Shown here: positions 46,818 through 57,730 of the stretch, piece by piece
Position numbering within the stretch: position 1 is the first letter of the stretch
How the letters are laid out: every line of letters begins with the position of its first letter
Made by a program: the position numbers and the translations under genes
Notes under the pieces: model-generated
Told to the model about the DNA's origin: nothing
The model's database searches: none
The model's input: the letters and a program-made list of their open reading frames with translations, nothing else
Origin: an uncultured Alphaproteobacteria bacterium
Lineage (GTDB): Bacteria > Pseudomonadota > Alphaproteobacteria > Rhizobiales > Aestuariivirgaceae
Length of the DNA stretch: 64,000 nt
Assembly (NCBI GenBank): GCA_963816305.1
Contig: CAWFJW010000038.1
Location: forward strand, 7,350-71,349
Reading direction: 5' to 3'

Positions 46818-46913
46818 AGCTGGGTCGGGAAGCATGTGCGCCATGTCGGTGCCAGAATTGACTCTGGGCAGTCCGCCAACTAGGTTCCGCGCAAATTTCG
46901 CATGAGGGTGCTG

Positions 46914-47660
46914 ATGAAGGTTTTGGTCGCCGTTAAACGGGTTGTCGATTACAACGTGAAAATTCGTGTCCGCGCTGATGGCTCCGGCGTTGAGCTGGCC
47001 AATGTCAAAATGTCCATGAACCCGTTTGATGAAATTGGCGTCGAAGAAGCGATCCGCCTGAAAGAGGCAGGCAAGGCCAGCGAAATTGTGGCCGTCACCA
47101 TCGGGCCAGCGCAGGCCCAGGAAACCCTGCGCACCGCGCTCGCCATGGGCGCCGACCGCGCCATTCTGGTCAAGTGCGATGAGTATGTGGAGCCGCTGGG
47201 CGTGGCCAAAATTCTGAAAGGCGTGGTTGCGGCCGAAAAACCGGACATCGTCATTTTGGGCAAGCAGGCCATTGACGATGACTGCAATCAAACGGGGCAG
47301 ATGCTGTCTGCCCTCTTGGGCTGGGCCCAAGCCACGGCCTGTTCCAAGCTGGAGCCCGGCGCTGGCGAAGCAATCATCACGCGCGAAATTGATGGCGGCC
47401 TGCAAACCCTGAAAGTGAAAATGCCTTTGATCGTAACTACAGACTTGCGTTTGAACCAGCCGCGCTATGCCTCGCTTCCCAATATCATGAAGGCCAAGAA
47501 GAAACCGCTCGATGAAAAAACGCCAGCTGACTACGGCGCCGATGTCAAACCAAGATTGAAGGTCATCAAAACCGTTGAACCGCCCAAGCGGCTGGCTGGT
47601 GTCAAGGTAAAATCCGTGGGCGAGCTTGTATCCAAACTCAAAGAAGCAGGAGCAGTATAA
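46914..47660 (+). CDS. etfB: Electron transfer flavoprotein beta subunit
   Basis: [51 protein letters not shown]. Confidence 0.96.
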   Translation: MKVLVAVKRVVDYNVKIRVRADGSGVELANVKMSMNPFDEIGVEEAIRLKEAGKASEIVAVTIGPAQAQETLRTALAMGADRAILVKCDEYVEPLGVAKILKGVVAAEKPDIVILGKQAIDDDCNQTGQMLSALLGWAQATACSKLEPGAGEAIITREIDGGLQTLKVKMPLIVTTDLRLNQPRYASLPNIMKAKKKPLDEKTPADYGADVKPRLKVIKTVEPPKRLAGVKVKSVGELVSKLKEAGAV

Positions 47661-47662
47661 TC

Positions 47663-48604
47663 ATGGCCGTGCTTCTCATTGCTGAACACGATAACAAGTC
47701 CCTCAAGGACGCAACCCACAAGGCGCTCACCGCCGCCCTCCAAATGGGCGGCGATGTGCATGTGCTGGTGGCCGGCAACAACGCCGGCGCCGCAGCGGCG
47801 CAAGCCGCCAGGCTGACAGGCGTCAAGAAAGTGCTGCATGCCGAAAGCGCTGCATTTGAGCGCCCCCTTGCCGAACCCATGGCGGCGCAGATTACGGCCT
47901 TGGCCGGAAACTACGAACACTTCGTCGCAGCCGCCACCACCAACGGCAAGAACTACATGCCGCGCGTTGCAGCGCTTCTTGATGTCATGCAAATTTCCGA
48001 TATTTCCGAAGTGAAATCCGCCGACACATTTGTGCGGCTGATCTATGCTGGCAACGCCGTCCAGACCGTTCAGGCAACTGACGCCAAGAAAGTGGTCACT
48101 GTCCGCACCGCATCATTTGCGGCAACTGATGAGGCAGGCTCTGCCCCGGTAGAAAAAATCAGCGCTGCGGCCGATCCCGGCCTGTCGACCTATCAAAGTG
48201 AAAACCTCACCAAGTCTGACCGGCCGGAATTGACCTCCGCCAAAGTCATCGTCTCCGGCGGCCGAGGCATGCAGAACGGCGAAAACTTCAAGATGCTCGA
48301 GGCCGTCGCCAGGCAATTGGGCGCGGCCGTGGGAGCCTCCCGCGCCGCTGTTGATGCGGGCTATGTTCCCAACGACTATCAGGTGGGCCAGACCGGCAAG
48401 GTCGTGGCGCCCGATCTCTACATTGCTGTGGGCATCTCAGGCGCCATCCAGCATCTCGCCGGCATGAAGGATTCTAAAATCATCGTGGCCATCAACAAGG
48501 ATGAAGATGCGCCAATATTCCAGGTGGCGGATTTCGGGCTGGTGGCCGATCTTTTCGCCGCCGTGCCCGAATTGGAAATCGAATTGGCGAAAGTCGTGAA
48601 ATAA
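47663..48604 (+). CDS. etfA: Electron transfer flavoprotein alpha subunit
   Basis: [44 protein letters not shown]. Confidence 0.96.
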   Translation: MAVLLIAEHDNKSLKDATHKALTAALQMGGDVHVLVAGNNAGAAAAQAARLTGVKKVLHAESAAFERPLAEPMAAQITALAGNYEHFVAAATTNGKNYMPRVAALLDVMQISDISEVKSADTFVRLIYAGNAVQTVQATDAKKVVTVRTASFAATDEAGSAPVEKISAAADPGLSTYQSENLTKSDRPELTSAKVIVSGGRGMQNGENFKMLEAVARQLGAAVGASRAAVDAGYVPNDYQVGQTGKVVAPDLYIAVGISGAIQHLAGMKDSKIIVAINKDEDAPIFQVADFGLVADLFAAVPELEIELAKVVK

Positions 48605-48610
48605 CAGCCG

Positions 48611-49303
48611 ATGCTGCTTTACAGCGCGCCCCTCAGCCTCTTTGCCCGCAAGGTTGAAATCGCCTTGGCGGAAAAAGCGCTGAAATTTGAGCGCGTCATG
48701 GTGCCCTTTAGCCAGACAAGGGGCTATTCGCCGAAACACGCGGCCGTTGTGGCGGCAAATCCCAAGGGGCAGGTGCCCGTCCTGGTTGATGGTGAACTCA
48801 CTCTTTATGATTCAACGGTCATTGGCGAATATCTGGATGAGGCCTATCCGGAACCCCGGCTCATGCCGCGCGATCCCGCGGCGCGTGGCCGATGCCGGTT
48901 GCTGGAACTTGAGGCCGATGAAATTCTGCTGCCGCCCGTCAGAAAATTGATGCATCGCACGGAACCGCCCGGTCCGGATTTCGCCAGACGCGAGCGGCAG
49001 GAAGCCGAAGCGGCGGAAGCTGACAAGCTGATCCTCGGCAACTATCGTGCTCTGACAGCCAGGCTTGGCCCACAGGAATTCTTCTGCGGCACATTCTCGC
49101 TGGCCGACATCGCGATTTTCATCGTATTGCACTATGGCATCCGCTTGGGTGGACCATCCCTCGCCAGCCATCAAAATCTCGAGGCTTGGTATCAGAGGCT
49201 TTTGCGACGCCCAGCTTTTGCGCTGGCCGAGCAGGAAATCGCCGCCGCTGATCGGGAGTTGTCATATCCCATAGCGCCGCGCCAGCCTGGAAGCGGCAAG
49301 TGA
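48611..49303 (+). CDS. Glutathione S-transferase family protein
   Basis: [43 protein letters not shown]. Confidence 0.9.
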   Translation: MLLYSAPLSLFARKVEIALAEKALKFERVMVPFSQTRGYSPKHAAVVAANPKGQVPVLVDGELTLYDSTVIGEYLDEAYPEPRLMPRDPAARGRCRLLELEADEILLPPVRKLMHRTEPPGPDFARRERQEAEAAEADKLILGNYRALTARLGPQEFFCGTFSLADIAIFIVLHYGIRLGGPSLASHQNLEAWYQRLLRRPAFALAEQEIAAADRELSYPIAPRQPGSGK

Positions 49304-50440
49304 CATGACAACCGCCAGGACCAAAAAAACAGAGGCTGTCCACGCAATGGAAACCGTTATGCCGCCTTCAATCACAACGCCGCCCGCCGCCGCGCCGATC
49401 GATTGGCCCAAATAGACAGCCGACGTGTTGAGCGCCACTGTGGCCGCGGCAAGCGTTGGCGCGGCAGCCACCAATCGGCTTTGTTGCAGGGAATTCGAGG
49501 AAAAAGAGCCAAGCCCCCAGACCGTGCCCGCCACGCAGGCAAGTGCGTAATTGCCAAAGAACACGCCGAACAGCCCCATGCCGGCGACAAGCGACAGCAG
49601 GGACACCAAAACCGCGCGATCAACTCCCAGCCAGCCGATTGCCCGGGTGGCAAGATAGTTGCCGGAAACGCCAGCCGCGCCAAAGATCGCAAACAGCAGG
49701 GCGATTTCACTTTGGCTTGCGCCAAAGGCTTCGCGAAGGGTTGGCGCCAGATAGCTCACAAGCGTAAATTGTCCCGCCATGCTGAGCAAAGTCACCAGCA
49801 TGACGCACAGCAGCACCGGACTCCGCAGCACCGCCAGCCACGATGAAAGCAGCAAGGGCTGCACCCGAAGACCGGGCTTGAGAGACACCCAAACACCCGC
49901 GCAGGCAATTGCCGAAAGAATGGCCATCGCCAGAAACGTGGCGCGCCAGCCAATTTCAGCAGCCAGCAGGCTTCCCAGCGGAATGCCCACGACAGAAGCC
50001 ATGGACCAACCAATAAAAATAAACGCAATCGCCTGCGACCGCTTTTCGGGCGGCACAATCAAGCCCACCGTGGCTGCCGCCTGGGGCGTGAACAGCGCGG
50101 CGGCGATCATGCTCACCGTCCGGATGGCGAGAAGCGACCAGAACTCCGGGGCAAAGGCCGCCAGCGCATGGCCCACCGCATAGATCATAGCCGCCGCCGC
50201 CAGCAGCATGCGGCGATCAAACCGGCTGGTCAGGCCAGCCAGAAGCGGCGCGCCAAACCCCACAACCAAGCCACCCGCAAAGAGCAATAATCCGGCGGTT
50301 GCTGGTGGCACATTGAGATCGGCGCCAAGGACATTCAGAAGCCCGGCGGGCAGCAAAACCCCCGTGCCAATCACAAAATTGCCAAACAGCAGCGACCACA
50401 ACGGAAAGCGCCCTGCGGTTTGATCGGTGATAGATGCCAT
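49262..50440 (-). CDS. MFS transporter (DHA1-like)
   Basis: NFVIGTG, GAPLLA..TSRFDRR, GIPLGS.L....GWRATF, about 12 TM segments. Confidence 0.88.
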   Translation of the reverse strand: MASITDQTAGRFPLWSLLFGNFVIGTGVLLPAGLLNVLGADLNVPPATAGLLLFAGGLVVGFGAPLLAGLTSRFDRRMLLAAAAMIYAVGHALAAFAPEFWSLLAIRTVSMIAAALFTPQAAATVGLIVPPEKRSQAIAFIFIGWSMASVVGIPLGSLLAAEIGWRATFLAMAILSAIACAGVWVSLKPGLRVQPLLLSSWLAVLRSPVLLCVMLVTLLSMAGQFTLVSYLAPTLREAFGASQSEIALLFAIFGAAGVSGNYLATRAIGWLGVDRAVLVSLLSLVAGMGLFGVFFGNYALACVAGTVWGLGSFSSNSLQQSRLVAAAPTLAAATVALNTSAVYLGQSIGAAAGGVVIEGGITVSIAWTASVFLVLAVVMSLAASRLARRYGI

Positions 50441-50536
50441 GAGGTTCTGCTTTCCAAAATACAATGAAAGCAGTCCACCCGAAATTTGTCCAGCGCGCGT
50501 GCCGCCAACCTCGGCCTGCACGAAGCGGGCTTGTCT

Positions 50537-52717
50537 TCAGCTTAAAAGGCCCTTGGAGAATGGCAGCACGCGGACCCGTTTCTTGCTGGCGGCATAAACC
50601 GCGTTGGCAAGCGCTGGTCCCAAGGGGGGAACGCCGGGTTCGCCAATGCCGGTTGGAGCGGCATCAGACGCCACAGCATGCACCTCAACCACCGGCATTT
50701 GGTTGATGCGAAGCGGTGTGTAGGCATCGTAATTCTCCTGATCCACCTTGCCGCCGGTGAGCGACAATTCCTCCTGGAGAATAGCCCCCAGGCCAAAGCC
50801 AACGCCACCTTCAACCTGCGCTTTTACCTGGTCGGGATTGACCACCGTGCCGCAGTCAACCGCCACCACAACCCGCTCGACTTTCATCCCGCCCTCTTTG
50901 GGCATGGTGATTTCAACCACTTGCGCCACCACGGTGTTGAAGGATTCAGCCAGCGCCACACCACGGTGGCGGCCGTCGGGCAATGCTTTTCCCCAATCCG
51001 CCTTTTCCGCCGCCAGTTTCAGAACGGCCGCGTGGCGCGGATGCTTCTCCAGCATGGCAAGGCGGAATTCAACCGGGTCCTTGCCAGCGGCCTCCGCGAG
51101 TTCATCAATGAATGTTTCCACCGCATAGGCCGTGTGGGTGGAGCCCACCGAGCGCCACCACAATACCGGCACGCCCGTTTCGGTCGTTGTCAGCTCAACC
51201 TTCAGGTTTGGCACCCCGTAAGGAATGTTGGAGGCGCCTTCAACCGACGTCAAATCAACGCCGTTCGTCACCATGCTGGCAAAGGGTGAAGCGGCCAGGA
51301 TCGATTGCCCGACAATGTGATTCTGCCAGGCGATGACAGCACCATTGGCATCAAGGCCTGCTTTCACCCGGTGCACATAGGCCGGGCGGTAGCGCCCGCC
51401 CTTCATGTCGTTGTCTCTGGTCCATTGCACTTTGACCGCATATTTCCAATCCAGCGCCTTGGCAACTGCCACGGCCTCGACAACCACATCTGCATCGCCC
51501 ACCGCGCGCCGCCCGAAGCCACCGCCTGTCTTCATGACATGCAGCTTGATTTTGTCGGGCGTGACACCCGCCACTTGCGAGGCGATGTACTGGTAAAGAT
51601 CAGGCATCTGGTGTCCGCCCCAGATTTCGATGAGATCTCCGTTCTTTTGGGCCACGGCATTCAAGGGCTCAAGGGCGGCGTGGGCGAGATAGGGGAATTC
51701 ATAAGTCGCCTCCATCACCTTGGCAGCGGAGGCAAAAGCCTTTTCCGCATCGCCATCGTTGCGGGCAACGACCTTGCCGGATCGCGCCGAAAGGTCGCGA
51801 TACTCGCCCAGAATATCATTTGACCCGCGCTTTTCGGCTTTCGTTTCATCCCACTCAACGCTCACAGCATCGCGGCCCTTCATTGCCGCCCACATGTGCT
51901 CGCCAACCACGGCCACGCCACGCGGGGTCGCCACAACATCGACAACGCCTTTCAGCGCCTTGGCCTTGCTGGCATCGAAGGATTTGACGGTAGCGCCAAA
52001 CAGCGGCGGGTGAATCATCACCGCCGTCAGCATGCCGGGCAGCTTCACATCAATGGTGTAGCCTTGCGCGCCATTGGTCTTGCGGGCTGAATCATAGCGC
52101 TTGAGGGTGGGGGAACCGATATGAGTCCATTGTTCCTTGGGCTTCAGGGCCACATCGGCTGGCACGGCCATGGCCGCCGCCGCTTGCGCCATCTCGCCAT
52201 AGCTTGCGGATTTGCCGGAAGCGTGAGCGAGCCTGCCCATCCCGGCCTTGACTTCTGATTCAGGAACATTCCACGCCTTGGCCGCGGCGCCAACCAGCAA
52301 CATGCGCGCCGCCGCGCCGGCCTTGCGGTATCGCTCCCAGGACGAGGCCATGGATGTTGATCCGCCGGTGCCCTGGGCAACGCCGCCCCAGGCCACATTG
52401 CCATAGAGCCCGGTATTGCCGAAGCCGCCCACAACATCAATATCGTTCCAATCGGCGTCAAGCTCTTCGTTCACCAGTGTGGCGATGCCGAAATAGGCGC
52501 CCTGACCCATTTCAAATTGCGATGAGAGGATCGTCACCTTGTTGTCGGGATCAATGCGGATGTAGGCTTCAAGGGGAGGAAGATGCGCCGCGGCGGTCGC
52601 GGCAGCGGCGGGACGAAAGCCCACCAGAAGGGCGGCGCCCGCCGCTGCTCCACCCAGAATGAAGCGGCGGCGCGTGGTCTTGGCGGCTGAAACAGTCTTC
52701 ATAATCTTGCTCAGCAT
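50537..52717 (-). CDS. Xanthine dehydrogenase family molybdopterin subunit (IorB-like), Tat-exported
   Basis: TTRRRFIL twin-Arg signal, EMGQG, TGGSTS, GGGFGRR, WWRSVG, GIGEPGVPP. Confidence 0.9.
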   Translation of the reverse strand: MLSKIMKTVSAAKTTRRRFILGGAAAGAALLVGFRPAAAATAAAHLPPLEAYIRIDPDNKVTILSSQFEMGQGAYFGIATLVNEELDADWNDIDVVGGFGNTGLYGNVAWGGVAQGTGGSTSMASSWERYRKAGAAARMLLVGAAAKAWNVPESEVKAGMGRLAHASGKSASYGEMAQAAAAMAVPADVALKPKEQWTHIGSPTLKRYDSARKTNGAQGYTIDVKLPGMLTAVMIHPPLFGATVKSFDASKAKALKGVVDVVATPRGVAVVGEHMWAAMKGRDAVSVEWDETKAEKRGSNDILGEYRDLSARSGKVVARNDGDAEKAFASAAKVMEATYEFPYLAHAALEPLNAVAQKNGDLIEIWGGHQMPDLYQYIASQVAGVTPDKIKLHVMKTGGGFGRRAVGDADVVVEAVAVAKALDWKYAVKVQWTRDNDMKGGRYRPAYVHRVKAGLDANGAVIAWQNHIVGQSILAASPFASMVTNGVDLTSVEGASNIPYGVPNLKVELTTTETGVPVLWWRSVGSTHTAYAVETFIDELAEAAGKDPVEFRLAMLEKHPRHAAVLKLAAEKADWGKALPDGRHRGVALAESFNTVVAQVVEITMPKEGGMKVERVVVAVDCGTVVNPDQVKAQVEGGVGFGLGAILQEELSLTGGKVDQENYDAYTPLRINQMPVVEVHAVASDAAPTGIGEPGVPPLGPALANAVYAASKKRVRVLPFSKGLLS

Positions 52718-52720
52718 GGT

Positions 52721-53179
52721 TCAAGCCTCCAGACGGCGGGCAGCTTCATGGATCGCCCCGCGAATGCGTTGATAGGTGGCGCAACGACACAGATTGCCGG
52801 ACATGGCGTTGTCGATATCCGCGTCTGTAGGCTTTTTGTTCTCAGTGATGAGGGCCACCGCCGACATGATCTGCCCGGACTGGCAATAGCCGCATTGCGG
52901 CACATCCATTTCGGTCCAGACGGCCTGGATGGTTTGCGCCACTTTTCCGTCGATGGCTTCTATTGTCGTAACCTTCCCGTCTCCCACTTCGCCGACGCTG
53001 GTTTGACAAGAGCGGATCGGCTGGCCATCAAGATGCACCGTGCATGCCCCACACTGGGCTATGCCGCAGCCAAACTTGGTTCCTGTAAGCCCCAGAAGAT
53101 CGCGTATGGCCCAGAGCAGCGGCATCTCGGGATCGGCATCAACTGTGAAATCCTTGCCGTTGATATTGAGTTTAATCAT
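52721..53179 (-). CDS. (2Fe-2S)-binding subunit (IorA-like)
   Basis: GTKFGCGIAQCGACTV, QCGYCQSGQ, NLCRCATY. Confidence 0.92.
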   Translation of the reverse strand: MIKLNINGKDFTVDADPEMPLLWAIRDLLGLTGTKFGCGIAQCGACTVHLDGQPIRSCQTSVGEVGDGKVTTIEAIDGKVAQTIQAVWTEMDVPQCGYCQSGQIMSAVALITENKKPTDADIDNAMSGNLCRCATYQRIRGAIHEAARRLEA

Positions 53180-53374
53180 TTTCCCTCCAAGAGCCACAAT
53201 CCACTGCCACCAGTTTCACTTGCTGTTGCGACAACAGTTTGACATGTGGTTTCACAGTTTCGTGACTATGAAGATCGAAGCGCAGCCCCATGCTGCACCT
53301 GCGAAATAGGCTTGCTCAAACTCCATACACGTTATAGGCTCTTTTATCAAAACCAATTGAGTTATTGAAAAGTC

Positions 53375-54250
53375 ATGAGAATCAAGAAAGTCGGCATCAT
53401 TGGCGCAGGCCAAATGGGAAGCGGCATTGCTCATGTCTGCGCCCTCGCGGGCTTTGAAGTCGGCGTCAACGATGTGAGCAAGGATCGCATCGATGCCGGG
53501 CTGAACACCATCGCTGGCAATCTTGGGCGGCAGCTGAAATCCGGCAAGATCACCCAAGCGGCCCGGGATGCCGCCCTGAAACTGATCAAGCCCGTGGAAA
53601 GCTACGAGGGCTTCGCCGGGTTCGATCTGGTGATAGAATCGGCCATTGAAGACGAGCAGGTCAAGCGCAAGATATTCCAGGCCCTCTGCCCCCATTTGCA
53701 GCCCCACACCATTGTGGCTTCCAACACATCGTCGATCTCAATCACCCGGCTGGCGGCGGTCACCGGCCGCCCCGAAAAATTCATGGGCATCCATTTCATG
53801 AATCCCGTGCCAGTGATGGATCTGGTCGAGCTTATTCGCGGCATCGCAACCGATGAACCAACCTTTGCCACGGTGACGGAATTCACCCTTGCCCTGCACA
53901 AGACCATCGCGGTGGCTGAGGATTTTCCAGCCTTCATCGTCAACCGCATTCTCCTGCCCATGATCAACGAGGCGATTTATACGCTTTACGAAGGTGTGGG
54001 CGGAGTTGACGCCATCGACACCGCCATGCGTTTGGGCGCCAAGCATCCGATGGGGCCGCTGGAGCTGGCGGATTTCATCGGCCTCGACACCTGCCTGTCG
54101 GTGATGCAGGTGCTGTACGAGGGCTTGGCCGATTCAAAATATCGCCCCTGCCCATTGCTGGTGAAATATGTGGAAGCCGGCTGGCTGGGCCGCAAAACCA
54201 ACCGTGGTTTCTATGACTACCGGGGCGAAAAGCCGGTTCCGACGCGTTAA
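53375..54250 (+). CDS. hbd: 3-hydroxybutyryl-CoA dehydrogenase
   Basis: GAGQMGSGIA, SNTSSISIT, HFMNPVP, HPMGPLELADFIGLD. Confidence 0.93.
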   Translation: MRIKKVGIIGAGQMGSGIAHVCALAGFEVGVNDVSKDRIDAGLNTIAGNLGRQLKSGKITQAARDAALKLIKPVESYEGFAGFDLVIESAIEDEQVKRKIFQALCPHLQPHTIVASNTSSISITRLAAVTGRPEKFMGIHFMNPVPVMDLVELIRGIATDEPTFATVTEFTLALHKTIAVAEDFPAFIVNRILLPMINEAIYTLYEGVGGVDAIDTAMRLGAKHPMGPLELADFIGLDTCLSVMQVLYEGLADSKYRPCPLLVKYVEAGWLGRKTNRGFYDYRGEKPVPTR

Positions 54251-54858
54251 CTTGGTTCGGCGATCACTGCCTTGATCAAGGCGATGGCTTCGGCGCCGTT
54301 CCATTCCGCTGGCCCCAGCAGGCGCCCGATTTCGCGGCCCTGACGGTCAATGAGCACTGTGACCGGCAATCCCAGGGCTTGCAACAGATGCAGCGCATTC
54401 GACGTCTGGTCCACGTAAAGACCCAGAGAATCTGCCCCGGTTTCCTTGAGGAAAGCCGCCGAGGCCTCAAGGCCTTTGCGGTCAACGCTCACGGCCACAA
54501 CCTCAAAATCCTTGGAGCCCAGTTGATTTTGCAAATCCGCCAAGGCCGGCATTTCCTTGCGGCAGGGCGCGCACCAGGTGGCCCAGAGATTGAGCAGAAC
54601 CACCTTGCCCCGCCATTGGCCAAGATTGGTGGCAGCGCCTTTTGCATCCTTGAAAACAATGTCAGGAATCTGTGGCCTGTCAGTCTTGACCAAAAATGCG
54701 GCCAAAGCGCCGGTGGCAAAGGCCTTATAAGCGCTGACTGGTCCCGGACTGGTTTGCCGTTGAGAACCGCCAAACAGAAATACTCCGATGCCTATCGCAA
54801 GAATTGCCCCGCCCGCCAGAAGAATGAGGGAATTTCGATTTCGCTTTGGCTCATTCAT
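54247..54858 (-). CDS. tlpA: TlpA family thiol:disulfide reductase
   Basis: N-terminal [29 protein letters not shown]. Divergent from argH. Confidence 0.88.
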   Translation of the reverse strand: MNEPKRNRNSLILLAGGAILAIGIGVFLFGGSQRQTSPGPVSAYKAFATGALAAFLVKTDRPQIPDIVFKDAKGAATNLGQWRGKVVLLNLWATWCAPCRKEMPALADLQNQLGSKDFEVVAVSVDRKGLEASAAFLKETGADSLGLYVDQTSNALHLLQALGLPVTVLIDRQGREIGRLLGPAEWNGAEAIALIKAVIAEPS

Positions 54859-54896
54859 GGCTAAAAGACTTCCCTGATTGCGGACGTGGAGTTTCA

Positions 54897-56276
54897 ATGA
54901 CCAACAAAATGTGGGGCGGCAGGTTCAAATCCGGGCCCTCCGCCATCATGCAGGAGATCAATGCTTCGATCAGCTTCGACAAGCGCCTGTATAGACAAGA
55001 CATCGCGGGCTCGAAAGCCCATGCCGCGATGCTGGCCCAGCAAGGCATCATTTCAAAATCCGACGCTGCTGAAATTAGGCGCGGGCTGGATCAGGTTCAA
55101 GTGGAGATAGAGAATAACAAGTTCACGTTTTCCGAGGCCCTTGAAGACATTCATATGAATGTCGAACAGCGTCTGAAAGACATCATTGGAGCATCCGCCG
55201 GAAGATTGCACACCGCACGGTCCCGGAACGACCAGGTGGCCACCGATTTCCGGCTTTACATTCGCGACATGGCGGATCACCTCGACGGCCAAATCAGGGA
55301 TCTGCAAGTGGCTCTTGCCGAAAAAGCCTTGGCCCATGCCAAAACCATCATGCCGGGCTTCACCCATTTGCAGGTGGCGCAGCCCGTGACCTTTGGCCAC
55401 CACTGCCTGGCCTATGTGGAAATGCTGGCGCGGGATCGTTCAAGATTGAAGGATGCAAGAGCGCGGATGAACGAAAGCCCACTGGGCGCGGCGGCCCTCG
55501 CGGGCACGAGCTTTCCCATTGATCGCGCGATGACGGCGAAGGCGCTGGGCTTCGACCGGCCCATGCGCAATTCATTGGATGCGGTGGCTGACCGCGACTT
55601 TGTTCTCGATCTTCTATCCACGGCTGCGATCTGCGCCGCCCATCTCTCAAGGCTGGCCGAGGAAATCGTGCTCTGGTCCACCGCCCAGTTTCGCTTTGTG
55701 AAACTGTCCGACAAGTTCACCACCGGTTCGTCCATCATGCCGCAAAAGCGCAACGCCGATGCCGCAGAGTTGGTGCGCGCCAAGCCGGGCAGAATTTTGG
55801 GCGCCCTGACGGCATTGCTCGTGGTCATGAAAGGGCTGCCGCTCACCTATTCCAAGGACATGCAGGAGGACAAGGAGCCGGCCTTCGATGCCATTGACAA
55901 TCTCTCGCTCGCCCTTGCGGCGACCGCCGGGATGGTGCGGGATTTGGAACCTGACAGGGAAATCATGCGCGCGGCCGCTGCCGGCGAGTTTTCAACCGCG
56001 ACCGATCTGGCCGACTGGCTGGTCCGCGCGCTGAACATGCCGTTTCGCGATGCCCATCATGTTGCGGGGTCGATGGTGGCGCTGGCTGAAAAACAGGACT
56101 GCGCCTTGCCCGATTTGAAGTTGCCGGACATGCAGAAAATTGAACCCCGCGTCACCAAAGATGTGTACAAGGTCCTGACCGTCGAGGCCTCCGTCAATTC
56201 GCGCACCAGCTTTGGCGGCACCGCGCCATCGAATGTGGCCCGCGAGGCGAAACGCTGGCTGAAATTATTGCGATAG
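54897..56276 (+). CDS. argH: Argininosuccinate lyase
   Basis: [44 protein letters not shown]. Confidence 0.97.
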   Translation: MTNKMWGGRFKSGPSAIMQEINASISFDKRLYRQDIAGSKAHAAMLAQQGIISKSDAAEIRRGLDQVQVEIENNKFTFSEALEDIHMNVEQRLKDIIGASAGRLHTARSRNDQVATDFRLYIRDMADHLDGQIRDLQVALAEKALAHAKTIMPGFTHLQVAQPVTFGHHCLAYVEMLARDRSRLKDARARMNESPLGAAALAGTSFPIDRAMTAKALGFDRPMRNSLDAVADRDFVLDLLSTAAICAAHLSRLAEEIVLWSTAQFRFVKLSDKFTTGSSIMPQKRNADAAELVRAKPGRILGALTALLVVMKGLPLTYSKDMQEDKEPAFDAIDNLSLALAATAGMVRDLEPDREIMRAAAAGEFSTATDLADWLVRALNMPFRDAHHVAGSMVALAEKQDCALPDLKLPDMQKIEPRVTKDVYKVLTVEASVNSRTSFGGTAPSNVAREAKRWLKLLR

Positions 56277-56285
56277 GAAATGCCC

Positions 56286-56393
56286 ATGAAATTCTTCGTT
56301 GTTGTCCTGCTGCTCCTGAGTGTGACCGCCTCTCTCAATGCCTGCGGGCGGCGCGGCGACCCAGAAGCGCCGCAGCTGCGGCAGGCCCAATAG
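56286..56393 (+). CDS. lptM: Small lipoprotein, LptM/YifL/LppL-like (absent from the ORF track)
   Basis: MKFFVVVLLLLSVTASLNA-CGRRGDPEAP..., lipobox LNAC with a CGxxG motif. Conserved position between argH and lysA. Confidence 0.75.
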   Translation: MKFFVVVLLLLSVTASLNACGRRGDPEAPQLRQAQ

Positions 56394-56396
56394 CCC

Positions 56397-57659
56397 ATGC
56401 ACCATTTCGCTTACCGTGACGGAATTCTTCATGCCGAAGATGTGAGCCTTGGTGTCATCGCCGAGGAGATCGGCACGCCCTTCTATTGCTATTCGACCGC
56501 CACGCTGGAGCGCCACTATCAGGTCATGGCCAATGCGTTCAAAGGGATTGATCACCAGATTTGCTATGCCATGAAGGCGAATTCCAACCAGGCCGTGCTC
56601 AAGACCATGGCGGATCTGGGCGCCGGCATGGATGTGGTGTCCGAAGGCGAGCTTCGCCGCGCTTTGGCCGCAGGAGTGCCCGGCCGCAAGATCGTGTTTT
56701 CAGGCGTCGGCAAAACGGCCCGCGAAATGGCCCTGGCCTTGAAGGAAGGCGTTTCCTGTTTCAACATTGAATCGGAGCCTGAGCTTGAATTGCTGTCCGT
56801 CGTCGCCCAGCGCACCGGCCAGCGCGCCACGATTTCCATCCGCGTCAATCCCGATGTCGATGCCAGGACCCACGCGAAAATCACCACCGGCAAGGCCGGC
56901 AACAAGTTCGGCGTTTCCTTCGGGCGAGCTTCCGAAGTCTATGCCCGCGCCGCCTACCTGCCTGGCCTTGATGTGGCGGGCATCGACATGCACATCGGCA
57001 GCCAGATCACGGAACTTGAACCCTTCGAACAAGCTTTCCGCCTGATGGCCGAACTGACGGCACAACTGAAATCCGAAGGCCACAACATTCGCCATCTTGA
57101 TTTGGGTGGCGGGCTTGGCGTGCCTTACCGCGGCACCAATGACGTGCCGCCGCACCCCGATGAATACGCCGCCATGGTGCATCGCACCCTTGGCCACTTG
57201 GGGTTGAAATATGTTCTGGAACCCGGCCGCATGATCGTTGGCAATGCCGGAATTCTGGTCTCCCGCGTGATCTATGTGAAGGAAACCGGCGAAAACTGCT
57301 TCATCATTCAGGACGCCGCCATGAATGACCTGATCCGCCCGACGCTCTATGACGCCTATCATGAGATTATTCCGGTGAAGCAGGCAGAAACCGCGATGGT
57401 GGTTGCCGACATCGTGGGTCCCGTCTGTGAATCCGGCGATTACCTCGCCAAGGCGCGGCGTATGGGAAAACCCGAGCCCGGCGATCTCCTGGCCACCATG
57501 ACGGCGGGGGCCTATGGCGCCGTCCAGTCGGGAACCTACAACACCAGGCCCCTCGTGGCCGAAGTTCTGGTGAAAGGCGATAGATGGTCGCTCGTGCGGC
57601 CCCGCCAGACCTATGAGGAGCTGATTGGCCTGGATCAGCCCGCCAGCTGGCAGTCCTAG
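56397..57659 (+). CDS. lysA: Diaminopimelate decarboxylase
   Basis: YAMKANSN, HIGSQI, DLGGGLG, EPGR, GPVCESGD, AGAYG. Confidence 0.96.
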   Translation: MHHFAYRDGILHAEDVSLGVIAEEIGTPFYCYSTATLERHYQVMANAFKGIDHQICYAMKANSNQAVLKTMADLGAGMDVVSEGELRRALAAGVPGRKIVFSGVGKTAREMALALKEGVSCFNIESEPELELLSVVAQRTGQRATISIRVNPDVDARTHAKITTGKAGNKFGVSFGRASEVYARAAYLPGLDVAGIDMHIGSQITELEPFEQAFRLMAELTAQLKSEGHNIRHLDLGGGLGVPYRGTNDVPPHPDEYAAMVHRTLGHLGLKYVLEPGRMIVGNAGILVSRVIYVKETGENCFIIQDAAMNDLIRPTLYDAYHEIIPVKQAETAMVVADIVGPVCESGDYLAKARRMGKPEPGDLLATMTAGAYGAVQSGTYNTRPLVAEVLVKGDRWSLVRPRQTYEELIGLDQPASWQS

Positions 57660-57730
57660 CTCTTAATCTTAATAAAGTGATCACATGAAACCGGCATAAT
57701 TCCGCCCATCTGTGATAATATGAAGCCACA

